The position numbers and the translations under genes are program-made. A model generated the notes under the pieces. That model was not told the origin of the DNA and searched no databases. It worked only from the letters and a program-made list of their open reading frames with translations. A stretch of DNA of 52,371 bases from a virus. Its lineage: Duplodnaviria; Caudoviricetes. The stretch covers positions 1-52,371 of IMG/VR virus record IMGVR_UViG_3300033402_000479. One strand, 5' to 3'. Below are positions 1 through 9,352 of the stretch, piece after piece. Position 1 is the first letter of the stretch. Each line of letters begins with the position of its first letter.

Positions 1-101
1 AGTTTTGGATGAATCTCCAGGCGAACTATGACCTCGAGCGGGCCGAGGACGCGCGAGGCCCCAAGATTACCGGTCGAATCCGGCCCCATCGGGCAGCCTG
101 A
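1..101 (+). CDS. higA: 3' end of HigA-family antitoxin (host flank, partial)
   Basis: Frame from nt 3 reads FWMNLQANYDLERAEDARGPKITGRIRPHRAA*; FWxNLQxxYDL is the typical HigA C-terminal motif. Confidence 0.8.
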   Translation, partial: FWMNLQANYDLERAEDARGPKITGRIRPHRAA

Positions 102-106
102 CGAGG

Positions 107-127
107 TGGTGGCGGGAGTGGGGGTCG
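107..127. repeat. att core (left copy), 21-bp direct repeat of the tRNA-Leu 3' end
   Basis: TGGTGGCGGGAGTGGGGGTCG is identical to 52245-52265. Confidence 0.95.
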
Positions 128-258
128 GAATCCTGCGGGGCGCTGATTCCATGCAAGTTGTTGATTCTCCGATTCGCGCGATGCCGATGATTCGCTCCGT
201 TGGCGGGTTCTCTGTACAAAATCGTGTACAGGGCGTTTGGTGATACTCTGGCAGTTTA

Positions 259-1863
259 ATGAACCGCCTCTACTACGGCGACAACCTGAGCGTTCTGCGC
301 GGGTGCATTGACGACGAGAGCGTGGATCTCATCTACCTCGACCCTCCATTCAACAGCCGTCAGGACTACAATGTCCTCTTTCGTGGGAACACCGGCGAGC
401 AGTCGCGCGCACAAATCCAGGCGTTCGACGACACCTGGCACTGGGGCGACGAAGCGGAGTTGGCGTTCGACGGCGTGATGACAAGCCAAAACTCGGACGC
501 GGCGGAGATGCTGCGCTCGATGCGGTCGTTCCTGAAGGAAAACGACATGATGGCGTATCTTGCCATGATGGCGGTGCGCCTCGTGGAACTGCACCGGGTT
601 CTCAAGGGAACGGGAAGCCTGTATCTACACTGCGACCCGACGGCTTCGCACTATCTGAAAATCCTCATGGACGCCATCTTCGGGCCGGAGAATTTTAGGA
701 ACGAAATAATCTGGAAACGCACGTCGTCCCACGCGAACGTCATCCAGAAGTTCGGCGCCGTCCACGACGTGATTTTCTTCTACGGAAAGTCGGATACTTT
801 CACGTGGAACCAGCAGTATTCGCCTTACACACCGGAGTACGTCGAAACGTTCTTTGACCAGGCCGACGAGGAGGGAAGACGCTACTTCCGGCGCGACCTC
901 ACGGCCTCGATGTCGAGGGCTTCGACGGGACAGCTGTACGAATGGCACGGAGTGAAACCGCCACCATCGAGATGCTGGGCGATGGCGAAAGAGAAGATGG
1001 ACGAGCTTGAGAAGGCAGGACGAATCCATTGGCCGAAAAAAGAAGGTGGCATGCCGCGGCTGAAGATGTATCCCGAGGATTCGCCCGGCGTGCCGATTCA
1101 AGACATCTGGACGGACATCGGGACGATGCACAACCTCTCTTCGGAGCGGCTTGGCTATCCGACCCAGAAACCGCTCTCGCTTCTGGGACGCATCATCGTT
1201 TCAAGCTCGAACGAAGGCGACGTAGTCCTTGACCCGTTCTGCGGATGCGGGACGACCATCCATGCGGCGCAACGGCTGAAAAGGGAATGGATCGGCATCG
1301 ATGTCACACACCTGGCCATATCCCTCATCGAAAAACGGCTGAAGGACGCGTTTCCGGGCATCAAATATGAGGTCCACGGCACGCCCAAAGACTTGGAGGG
1401 GGCGCGCGACCTGGCGGAACGGGACAAATATCAGTTCCAATGGTGGGCGGTGTCGCTCGTGAACGCGGTTCCGTTCGCCGGCAAAAAGAAGGGCGCGGAT
1501 TCCGGCATCGACGGTCTCATCTACTTCAAGCCGGACGGCAAGACGACAGAGAAAGCCATCGTCTCGGTGAAGGGCGGTGAGAATGTCAATGTCGCCATGG
1601 TCAGAGACCTGGCGCATGTCGTTGACCGTGAGAAGGCGAAGATTGGCATCTTCATCACGCTCGCGGAACCCACCGGGCCGATGAAAACCGAAGCGGTGAA
1701 GACTGGATATTACGAGGCGCGATATGGGAAGTATCCCAAGGTGCAGATTCTGACTATACGGGAGCTTTTCGACGGAAAGCAACCAAACATCCCGTTGATC
1801 GACTCGGCGAGTTTCAAGAAGGCCGCGAAGGAGAAGGTTGGCGAGCAAGACATCCTTTTTTGA
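259..1863 (+). CDS. Site-specific DNA methyltransferase (N4/N6, beta class) with C-terminal Mrr-like nuclease domain
   Basis: LIYLDPPF motif IV, YPTQKP, VLDPFCGCGTT motif I; C-terminal DSGIDG..IVSVKGG. Confidence 0.9.
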   Translation: MNRLYYGDNLSVLRGCIDDESVDLIYLDPPFNSRQDYNVLFRGNTGEQSRAQIQAFDDTWHWGDEAELAFDGVMTSQNSDAAEMLRSMRSFLKENDMMAYLAMMAVRLVELHRVLKGTGSLYLHCDPTASHYLKILMDAIFGPENFRNEIIWKRTSSHANVIQKFGAVHDVIFFYGKSDTFTWNQQYSPYTPEYVETFFDQADEEGRRYFRRDLTASMSRASTGQLYEWHGVKPPPSRCWAMAKEKMDELEKAGRIHWPKKEGGMPRLKMYPEDSPGVPIQDIWTDIGTMHNLSSERLGYPTQKPLSLLGRIIVSSSNEGDVVLDPFCGCGTTIHAAQRLKREWIGIDVTHLAISLIEKRLKDAFPGIKYEVHGTPKDLEGARDLAERDKYQFQWWAVSLVNAVPFAGKKKGADSGIDGLIYFKPDGKTTEKAIVSVKGGENVNVAMVRDLAHVVDREKAKIGIFITLAEPTGPMKTEAVKTGYYEARYGKYPKVQILTIRELFDGKQPNIPLIDSASFKKAAKEKVGEQDILF

Positions 1864-2086
1864 CGGTTTTCACTTTTTTCCGGCGAAAATACTCCCTTAT
1901 AGGGAAGAATCGGGGAAAGAGAAAAATACTTGTTGTTATTAGCTCTGGGGATAACCGGGCGTTCTCGGGTTGGAAGCCCCGTCTTCTTTGGGTTTCCACA
2001 TGTGGACAAGGTGTGCGTTCGCTGCGGTAAGGTGTGCGTAACCCGAAACCTTGACGGACGTTGTAGTGTGTGAGCTAGCAGAAAAC

Positions 2087-2130
2087 AAAACCGACGGGTT
2101 TGTACCGCAGACCGAAAGGCGCGGTTTTTT
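2087..2130 (-). terminator. Probable intrinsic terminator after the minus-strand gene 2129-2635
   Basis: AAAACCG/CGGTTTT outer stem with inner GGTTTG/CAGACC stem, followed on the minus strand by TTTTGTTTT. Confidence 0.55.
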
Positions 2131-2635
2131 ATTGGACGATTCCGAGAATCTTGGCGCACGACCACTTCCACAGATAGCCGTTCTCCACGGCCCAAAGCAT
2201 CATGGGAACCGTCGAAGTCGGCGACATCGGATCGCCGGACAGCCCAGACTTTTTTTCAAAGAACTGCCACGTCGAAGACTGCACCTGTCCGTCGCCGTAA
2301 GAAAAGGCGTGATTGCTGTCCAGATGCTTCACGCTGACGCACTGGCTTTCACAGGCGATGAGATGGGCCACCACGTCGGGTGCGAGGTCGCCTGGCACAT
2401 TTTCGCCCTTTCTGAACGATTCTAGGGGCCAAAACGGGCGGCTCCCGGATTGATTCACCAGTTTGTGGGCCTCAACGAGGATAGAACCCGTTTCAGAGGG
2501 CTCGGATTCGACCAGATTTGCCGTCTGGCGCGCGGCGGAAGCCGTGACGGGGTAAACCGCCCATGCGCCTTGAAGGATGACTGCCAGACCGAAGAATACG
2601 AGATAGAGGGGAAACCATGACTTTATGTGTTTCAA
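2129..2635 (-). CDS. Signal-anchored lysozyme-like / SLT transglycosylase protein
   Basis: N-terminal hydrophobic helix; LIACES (catalytic Glu), SYGDGQV..STW, W.WSC motifs. Confidence 0.65.
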   Translation of the reverse strand: MKHIKSWFPLYLVFFGLAVILQGAWAVYPVTASAARQTANLVESEPSETGSILVEAHKLVNQSGSRPFWPLESFRKGENVPGDLAPDVVAHLIACESQCVSVKHLDSNHAFSYGDGQVQSSTWQFFEKKSGLSGDPMSPTSTVPMMLWAVENGYLWKWSCAKILGIVQ

Positions 2636-2806
2636 ATTGCTGCGGGGACGGCCCCGCCGCCCATTTGGGCATCACCGGCATTGAAGCGGTGAGGGTTAGT
2701 TTGGCCGACGCCTATAAGCATGGAAAGTTTGGGCCGAAAGGTCAAACCAAGTTACGCACAGGGCAAAAAAGGGCCTCGCGCGAATGTGCGAGGCCATGCT
2801 GTCGCT

Positions 2807-2977
2807 CTAATCTCCGCAGAGGGGCGACTGGCGAACCTTGAAGGCGACGGTGAGGATTTCGGGCGTGAGCGTGTCCTGCGTCACCACGTCCCAGTATTCG
2901 TTGCCGCAGAGCGTGCACACCTTGCACACGAGCTCGACGCGCGAACCCCACCAGAGGACCGTGTCGCCGGGCTTCAC
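2807..2977 (-). CDS. Small Cys-containing hypothetical protein
   Basis: GTG start overlaps the upstream stop (GTGA); CKVCTLC. Confidence 0.45.
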   Translation of the reverse strand: MKPGDTVLWWGSRVELVCKVCTLCGNEYWDVVTQDTLTPEILTVAFKVRQSPLCGD

Positions 2978-3159
2978 GGATCGGCCGCAAGGCGTTCCTT
3001 GGCCTCGGCTAAAGCGATTCTCGCCTCCCGTTCCGTCCAAGGTTCCGCCTTGGCAACGAGCATTTCGGCAACGTAGGTCGGCGCGCCGCACGACGGACAG
3101 CGGGCCGGAACGACAAGGGGAAAGCGCAAAAAGCAGTTCTGACAGTGCGTGCGTTCCAT
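2974..3159 (-). CDS. Small Zn-ribbon protein
   Basis: CQNC...CPSC; directly follows DUF932 with GGAGG upstream. Confidence 0.6.
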   Translation of the reverse strand: MERTHCQNCFLRFPLVVPARCPSCGAPTYVAEMLVAKAEPWTEREARIALAEAKERLAADP

Positions 3160-3160
3160 T

Positions 3161-3883
3161 TCATTGCACCTCCTGGAAGAACCTCCCCAAATCGGCGGTC
3201 GCCTTGTACAGCGGGACGGGGTCGAGGAGCTTGAAGCTCGACGTGAAGGCGTTCTGGAGGGAATACGCCGTGCGGGGACGGAAGTCGTCGTAGGCCGGTT
3301 CGCGCCACTGCTTCCACACCTCTTTGGCGATGTCCTTCGGGCAGTCGAGCTGGTCCTCGATGAACGCCCTGAAGATGGTGAGCCGGGCCTGGTCGTCGGA
3401 TACCTGTATCCCCTTCCACGCCTCGACCTGCAGCTGCATCGGCTCGAAGCCGCGCTGGGCCTCGTCGATGCCGATGGAGATGGCGTTCTTCAGGTTCAGG
3501 TTCTTGCTGTGCTTGGCCAATACGATGTTGAAATCGCCGGCGAAGGACAGGTTTGAGCAGACGAAGATGCGCATCCCGACCACGATGGAGAGCCGGAACT
3601 GCTTGCTGTGCGAGTTGCGGACCCCCAAAGCGAACTGGGCGCCCGTGATGCCCTGGTCGAGCGTCATCACGCCGAAGAAGTTCTTGCCGTCCTTCGTGAC
3701 GGCGTATTCCTCGGAAGCGATGGCGATGTGGCGGAAGCCGAGCTGTTCTTCGAGCGCGTTCACGATTTCGACGTGCGGGATGACCTGATGCGTGAGTGTG
3801 GACGGCGGGGACGGGACGAGGGCGAGCTCCTGCCGCGTGAGTTTTCCGCTGGTATCGCTCCCAGCGATGAGCGTCGTTTCCAT
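3161..3883 (-). CDS. DUF932 family protein
   Basis: RNSHSK..L..G.RIFVCSN.SF motif; AGGAGG SD upstream. Confidence 0.85.
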   Translation of the reverse strand: METTLIAGSDTSGKLTRQELALVPSPPSTLTHQVIPHVEIVNALEEQLGFRHIAIASEEYAVTKDGKNFFGVMTLDQGITGAQFALGVRNSHSKQFRLSIVVGMRIFVCSNLSFAGDFNIVLAKHSKNLNLKNAISIGIDEAQRGFEPMQLQVEAWKGIQVSDDQARLTIFRAFIEDQLDCPKDIAKEVWKQWREPAYDDFRPRTAYSLQNAFTSSFKLLDPVPLYKATADLGRFFQEVQ

Positions 3884-3999
3884 GAAACCTCCTGTGAAAG
3901 AGCTGATTGGGATTCGTGAACCCCGAGCCGAAGGCGCAAGAAGTAAAGGTCGGGAGGGAAAATCATCAAGAAAACCCCCCAGAAACTCACGCCTCCGGC

Positions 4000-4022
4000 T
4001 CGGGAACCGCGAAGGTTCCCGA
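4000..4022 (-). terminator. Hairpin after holin
   Basis: TCGGGAACC-gcgaa-GGTTCCCGA perfect 9-bp stem; no clear U-tract. Confidence 0.4.
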
Positions 4023-4027
4023 TGCCG

Positions 4028-4273
4028 CTACGGCTGCGGAGGGGCGTACTTGCCGAGCCCGCGCGACTTCATGAAGTTGGCGCGCGCCCATGCCCACGCC
4101 TGCCAGACGCCGAACGCCACGATGAACGCGGCGTTGATGAAGACGGTCGCGCTCTCCGGCGCGATGTTGACTCCGAAGAACGAGAGGACCGGGATGATCA
4201 GCGCGACAAGCGAGATGAGGCGCTGCGCCACGCCCTGTCCCGTCGAACTGACCCACCAGGGATATTGGTTCAT
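4028..4273 (-). CDS. Putative holin
   Basis: 81 aa, two hydrophobic segments, basic C-terminus, next to the peptidase. Confidence 0.7.
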   Translation of the reverse strand: MNQYPWWVSSTGQGVAQRLISLVALIIPVLSFFGVNIAPESATVFINAAFIVAFGVWQAWAWARANFMKSRGLGKYAPPQP

Positions 4274-4430
4274 GGTTTCTGATTTTTTTGCGACCTTTTG
4301 GTTATCGGGAGAGAAGTTTCAGGAAACACTGCCAGCAGACGAAGAGGGTTATGCGGTAGGGAAAGGCATCATCGACGTACTTGCACACCGTCCGGCACGG
4401 CTTTCCGCATTCGTCGCACGCCTCCATGGT

Positions 4431-5288
4431 TCAAAGGGAACCGAGCTCCTGCTTCACGAGCCCGACCGCCTGCTCGATGTCGTTCAAAATCGTTTGGATG
4501 ATGGACGCCTTCTGCTCGGGCGTGAGCGTCGGATGCGTGGCGACGGCCTGCACGCTCGGCGGGATGTCCACGGCCGTGCCGCTCTCGAAGAAGAACTGCG
4601 GCGTGACGTACTGCTTCGCTATCATCTTCACGGCGAACTGCGGATTCGGGTCGGCGGAGTCGATGACGCGGATGTTGTTTTCGTCGTATCCGTCGGCGCA
4701 GACGAAGTGCCCGTACTCGGGCGTCGTGAACGTCGGCGCCGAAGTCCCCCAGAACCCGTCGTCGCATTTGACGAGCAGGAGCGCCGCGCCGTTCTGGTAG
4801 ATCGTCTGGCAGATGGACTCGAAGTCCGTATTGCCGAACGCGTAGGACTGGATGGCCTTCGGCTTAGCGTTCGCCGTCATGTCCGGCGTGACGGCGGAAA
4901 CCTCCGAATAGGCCGGAAGGGGAAGCGTGACGTCGTTCTCAAGCGGCTCGAAGTCGTCCATGCCGTCGTTCTGCTCGGACTTGAAGATGAAGCGCATGTC
5001 GGTCCCGTTTCCGAGCGGGATGCCGTCGATGGCCTTGATGCGAATCCAGGAGAAGCGGGGAGTGTAATGCGGCGCAAGGGACGGGTTTTGGAGATGGTCA
5101 AGGACGGCCTTGAAATGCGACGACGCGTGCGCGCCGCACGTCGGGGTCTGCCCTTGGAAGTTGCGGACGAGCCACGAATCGTCGGGCAGGTATGTCGTCG
5201 GTATCGAAACCGGCGCTTGGACGGTGCCGAGAAGGATGTCCCGTTCGTCCTTCGGGCGTTGGATGGCGCCGAGCTTGGAGTAGTCCAT
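4431..5288 (-). CDS. Papain-like cysteine peptidase, putative endolysin
   Basis: QGQTPTCGAHA (Gln/Cys), GHFVCADGYD (His), IDS; lysis-cassette position. Confidence 0.7.
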   Translation of the reverse strand: MDYSKLGAIQRPKDERDILLGTVQAPVSIPTTYLPDDSWLVRNFQGQTPTCGAHASSHFKAVLDHLQNPSLAPHYTPRFSWIRIKAIDGIPLGNGTDMRFIFKSEQNDGMDDFEPLENDVTLPLPAYSEVSAVTPDMTANAKPKAIQSYAFGNTDFESICQTIYQNGAALLLVKCDDGFWGTSAPTFTTPEYGHFVCADGYDENNIRVIDSADPNPQFAVKMIAKQYVTPQFFFESGTAVDIPPSVQAVATHPTLTPEQKASIIQTILNDIEQAVGLVKQELGSL

Positions 5289-5417
5289 GATGGTTATAAT
5301 TGTGAGTTTTTTTCCGAATTTGTCGAGACAAGTTATGCACTCCCCTCCCCCGCATTGGCCTCGCTTTTCCGCGGTGGGGGAGTGGTTAGGGTGACGCCGT
5401 CGGTAGGGGATAGGGGA

Positions 5418-5777
5418 CTACCTTCCAAACACCTTCGCCGCGAACCACGTCACAACGACGGTGACGACGGTGACGACGACCTGCCAGAAGGCGGAGATGC
5501 CCTTGCGTTCGCCTTGAAGCGTGTTCTTCGCGGTCTCCAGGGAACGGATGCGTTTCTCGTGGTCCGTCTGTCCGTCGAGAAGGATCTTGTGGGACGCGCT
5601 GTGCTCGCTGATATAGGTGCCGAAATCGTCCTTGTTCAGCTTCTCGTTCTCCAAATCCGTCACGCGCGCCGCCACGTTGTCCTTCAGCTCCTTGATGTCG
5701 GCGAGGGCGCGGTCGAGTTTCGCTCCGAACTCGGCCTTCATCGCTATCAGGATGTCGTGGTCGGATTGCGGGTCCAT
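5418..5777 (-). CDS. Coiled-coil protein with C-terminal TM (XhlA/holin-like)
   Basis: 119 aa MDPQSDHD...DHEKRIRSLE...FWQVVVTVVTVVVTWF; ATG 5 nt after the tail gene stop. Confidence 0.65.
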   Translation of the reverse strand: MDPQSDHDILIAMKAEFGAKLDRALADIKELKDNVAARVTDLENEKLNKDDFGTYISEHSASHKILLDGQTDHEKRIRSLETAKNTLQGERKGISAFWQVVVTVVTVVVTWFAAKVFGR

Positions 5778-5782
5778 GGATT

Positions 5783-7222
5783 CTAGTTGGTGGTTACGGT
5801 CCAGTTCGCCGCCGGGACGCTGCCGAAATTCCCCTCGGTGAGGGTCGGGATGAACGCGTAGGTCGTCCCGCCGACGACGAACTGGATGCCGTACTGGCCG
5901 AGCACCTGGAAGCTGTCGGTCGTGGTCGCGGCCGGCGAGGTCGCCGAGATGTAGAGGTCGAGGACGTCGCCCGCGGCGCACTGGAAGTCGCCGAACGTGA
6001 GCCGCGTGTCGCTGGTCTGGACCGTGCCCTGCGACGCGACCTGGACGCCGTTCTGGTACAGATACGCCTCCGCCGCGTCGCTCCCGTTGTTGGTCCGCAG
6101 GTTGCAGTTGAACGTGTACCGTCCCGCCACGTTGCAGGTGAACGTCTTGACCTTCACGGGCGTGACGCTGCTCGTCGCGCGCGACGTGGTGGCGTCCTGG
6201 AGGACCGGGCCGCCGCCGCCGACCGTGGTCATGACGAACGCCTGCGGGATGGCCCACTGCGGATTCGCGCCCGCGCCCTGCGTGAGGAGTGCCTGGCCCG
6301 ACGTTCCCGCAGGGAGCCGCGCCCATGCGGAACCGTTGTAGTAGAGGATGTCCCCCTGCGCTTCGCTTCCGGGATCGAGGAGAAAGAGTCCGCTCGCAAT
6401 CTGCGCCGTGCTTGAGATGTAGCCGCTCTTGCCGACTATCGGCCGTACGTCGTTCAGGACGTATCCCTGGCCCGTCTGCTGGTTCTCGTTGTCGTAGATT
6501 CCCGTCTCGCCCACGACGTTATAGACCTCGCAGATGACCACCTTGTTCGCCGGATAGGCCGGCGCGACGGGCGACGATGCCTCGGTTCCCGTCACGACGG
6601 CGATGCTGCCGCTCGAATCCGCCGTCACGATGTCGATGCGCGGATTGGAAACAGGTGCGGTGAAGGTGGGTGTCGAGCCGCCCAAGAAAAGAACGCGGGT
6701 CGCGCCGACATAGTACGTCCCGTCCTCGACGTAGAGCTGCATCGTCTGCGCGGTCCAGTTCGCGCCCGTGACGGTCGTGCTCACGGTGAAAGAAGTGAGA
6801 TTCGAGGGAACGCCGGTGAGATTCTTGTTGAGCGAGAACGGCGTGATGGTCGTTCCGCCGGACGGGAGCGAATAGCCGCAATACTGCAAGAGCTGCTGGT
6901 TCGCGGCGGTCGCGGCGACCTGGTTCGCGTTCGTGACGTTCGGGTGGCGAAGGAAGGTGAAGGTCGCGGCGGCGGTGAGCGCCGCGCTTCCCTGGATGAG
7001 AACGTTGTTCGCCGTCGAGCCGATGGTCGAAACGTAGGTGATGACGACGGCCGTCCCGTTGACGGTGAGCGTCAACGTCTGGCCGTTCGTCGGATTCGTC
7101 GGCAATGCAATCGCGCCGAGCTGCTGGTGTGGTAGAAGGAAACTGCCGCCCCTCGCGTCGTCGCGGCGGGTGTTCTGATCGGTGGCAAGGATGTTCTGTA
7201 CGCCGATCGGTTGGGATTTCAT
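5783..7222 (-). CDS. Tail fibre / receptor-binding protein
   Basis: Last tail gene; NPRIDIV anchor motif, GDILYYNGSAWARLPAGTSGQAL fibre motif. Confidence 0.7.
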   Translation of the reverse strand: MKSQPIGVQNILATDQNTRRDDARGGSFLLPHQQLGAIALPTNPTNGQTLTLTVNGTAVVITYVSTIGSTANNVLIQGSAALTAAATFTFLRHPNVTNANQVAATAANQQLLQYCGYSLPSGGTTITPFSLNKNLTGVPSNLTSFTVSTTVTGANWTAQTMQLYVEDGTYYVGATRVLFLGGSTPTFTAPVSNPRIDIVTADSSGSIAVVTGTEASSPVAPAYPANKVVICEVYNVVGETGIYDNENQQTGQGYVLNDVRPIVGKSGYISSTAQIASGLFLLDPGSEAQGDILYYNGSAWARLPAGTSGQALLTQGAGANPQWAIPQAFVMTTVGGGGPVLQDATTSRATSSVTPVKVKTFTCNVAGRYTFNCNLRTNNGSDAAEAYLYQNGVQVASQGTVQTSDTRLTFGDFQCAAGDVLDLYISATSPAATTTDSFQVLGQYGIQFVVGGTTYAFIPTLTEGNFGSVPAANWTVTTN

Positions 7223-7228
7223 GGATGA

Positions 7229-7798
7229 TTAAAATGTAAAATCCGTTTCGACGGTCGTATCGCTTCCGGCCGATTTCGAGTACGGACTGGAGAACAGCGC
7301 GTGGTTGAACATGTTGCCGCTCCCGATGGCGCTTGAACCGCCGAAGAACGTGCCGAACTCGTAGTAGGTCGTGTTCGCAAGCACGGCGTCGGGGAAAAAG
7401 AACTGAATCTGGGCGGTGTTGAATCCGTTGTCGATGGCATTGGAGACCGCGGCGCGGTTCGTTGGTGCCGTGAGCGCGATGTCGGCGTTCGTGGGCGCCG
7501 TGCTGCCCGTGCCTATCTCGCCCCATTGGATGCCCAGCGGGAAGTTGTTCGAACCGTTGTACGCGCTGATGAGGTACTGCACCAGGATGTCGAGCCCGTA
7601 GCCGGACGAATCGACGATGAGGTTCTTCTGCTCGACCTCGATTTTGCCCTTCAGGAGGAGCGCCTTGGCCTCTTCGGTTCTCCCCTCCTGCATCAGCTCT
7701 TTCCACTTGTCGATCGTGCCGGCGGGATGCGAACGGACGACGACCTTGCCGGACACGCGGGCGGACTCCTGCACCTTCATCGTGGGTTCGTTTTCCAT
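7229..7798 (-). CDS. Tail/baseplate structural protein
   Basis: IGTGSTAPT..D..L and EFGTF..GNMFNHALF motifs seen in tail-fibre-associated proteins. Confidence 0.6.
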   Translation of the reverse strand: MENEPTMKVQESARVSGKVVVRSHPAGTIDKWKELMQEGRTEEAKALLLKGKIEVEQKNLIVDSSGYGLDILVQYLISAYNGSNNFPLGIQWGEIGTGSTAPTNADIALTAPTNRAAVSNAIDNGFNTAQIQFFFPDAVLANTTYYEFGTFFGGSSAIGSGNMFNHALFSSPYSKSAGSDTTVETDFTF

Positions 7799-7834
7799 GG
7801 GGATGTGAGGCGGGGCGGTTTGTCTGAATTATAG

Positions 7835-9349
7835 CTACGAATACACGGCGAAGCCATAGCGGGCCTGTGGAGAAGTCGGACCGTACTGGTAGGGTCGCGT
7901 CCCTGCGCTCGCGGAAAGGACGTCGGACACGGTGACGGATTCCTCGATGACCTCAAGGTTCTCGTTCACGGTGTTCGCGCCCACGTCCGTCTGCGACGCC
8001 TCCTGCTGCAGGACCGTCGTCATGAGGTCCGTGAAGGTCACGTTGTCCGAGCCGATGCACTCAAGCTGGTACTGGAGCTGTCCGTTCGCGCCCGGCACGA
8101 AGACGGTCGCCTCGATGCGCTTCACGACCAGGGGGTAGTTCGTGATGCCCATCGCGGGGATGTTCGCGATGACGGTCTGCCCGATGCGGCATCCGGGGAC
8201 GGTCGTCGTTACCTTGAGGTCGTAGACGGGGTGCCCGAACTGGAGTATCTGCGCCTGCGCCCGCAGCAGGGCCTCCTGCACGCTCGTGATCTTCGAATCG
8301 ACGATGACGCCTTCGCGGACGCCGTACGACGCGATGCTCGCGGAGTTGCGGGCGTTCGCCACGATGGGCACCTGCGCGTTGCCGTAGATGAGCACGGTCT
8401 GCCCCGCCGCGGGCGCGCCGGCCGTGAACTGGATGTCCCGGTCCGTGGAGCTGTACAGCACCTGCACGGTCGAAGGGTTCGTGACCTGGTTCAGGATGCC
8501 GACGGTCTGCGGGACGCCGTTCAGGGTGACGGATATCGTGCTTTCGGTGTAGGCGTAGGACGTGGGGAACGACTGCTGGACGCCGTCGGTCTTGTAGGAG
8601 TCGATGGTGTTCAGCGCCGTGAACGTCTTGAGGTACGTGCCGCCGATGACGTACACGCTGTTCTGCATGTTCGTTATCTGGAGGTCGATGTCGAGGGAGT
8701 TCCAGAAGATGTCCGAGCCGGTCTTGCCTCCCGTCGCGTTGATGGTGATGGGGGCGAGGCCGCCGTCGCCCGCGGCCCCGCCTCCCGCGCCGTCGTCCAC
8801 GTCCCCGAGGAAGAAATGCAGGTGTTTGTTCGGGTCGATGTACCAGTCCCAGCCGATGAGCTTGGCGAGGGACTGGAGCGCCTTCGAGGGCTGCTGGTAG
8901 TTGAACTGGATGGTCGGGATGTCGAAGTTGCCGACCTGCACGTAGCCGCCGTCCGCCACCGTCGCCGCCGTGATGCCCGTGCCCGAGCAGAAGCTCTCGA
9001 TGATGTCGATGGCGATGGCGGACGGGTCCACGCCGGAGTAGTTCTTCTTGACGAGCGTTCCGTCCATCACGAACCCCCAATCGGTCGCCGAATACTGGTA
9101 GGTGACCATGAGGCCGGCGATGACCGGCTCCTGCTCGGTGAGGACGCCGCCCCACACGATGCCGCTCGAATCGTACAGGAGTATGGTGTCCCCGATGGCC
9201 GGGAGCGTCCCCATGTTGGCGTAGTTCTGCCTGAGGGAGAACTTGAGCGTCCCGGTCTCCTTCGTGAGGCACGAAACCGCGTCAACGGATTTCCAATCGA
9301 CGTAGCTGCTGATGTCTGTTCCGTTGTCGAGGAGGCGGACGGGGTTCAT
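7835..9349 (-). CDS. Tail hub / baseplate (Tal-like) protein
   Basis: Follows the TMP; ALQSLAKLIGWDWYID..LHF motif. Confidence 0.7.
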   Translation of the reverse strand: MNPVRLLDNGTDISSYVDWKSVDAVSCLTKETGTLKFSLRQNYANMGTLPAIGDTILLYDSSGIVWGGVLTEQEPVIAGLMVTYQYSATDWGFVMDGTLVKKNYSGVDPSAIAIDIIESFCSGTGITAATVADGGYVQVGNFDIPTIQFNYQQPSKALQSLAKLIGWDWYIDPNKHLHFFLGDVDDGAGGGAAGDGGLAPITINATGGKTGSDIFWNSLDIDLQITNMQNSVYVIGGTYLKTFTALNTIDSYKTDGVQQSFPTSYAYTESTISVTLNGVPQTVGILNQVTNPSTVQVLYSSTDRDIQFTAGAPAAGQTVLIYGNAQVPIVANARNSASIASYGVREGVIVDSKITSVQEALLRAQAQILQFGHPVYDLKVTTTVPGCRIGQTVIANIPAMGITNYPLVVKRIEATVFVPGANGQLQYQLECIGSDNVTFTDLMTTVLQQEASQTDVGANTVNENLEVIEESVTVSDVLSASAGTRPYQYGPTSPQARYGFAVYS

Positions 9350-9352
9350 GGC

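Noticed and set aside
107-140. Second tRNA gene at the left end
   Set aside because: Only the 21-bp 3' fragment is present; it is the att duplication
3792-5786. 664-aa plus-strand ORF
   Set aside because: Antisense shadow of the lysis genes in high-GC DNA; no motifs
5418-6326. 302-aa version of the XhlA-like ORF
   Set aside because: N-terminal part overlaps the tail fibre out of frame; the ATG at 5777 fits operon spacing
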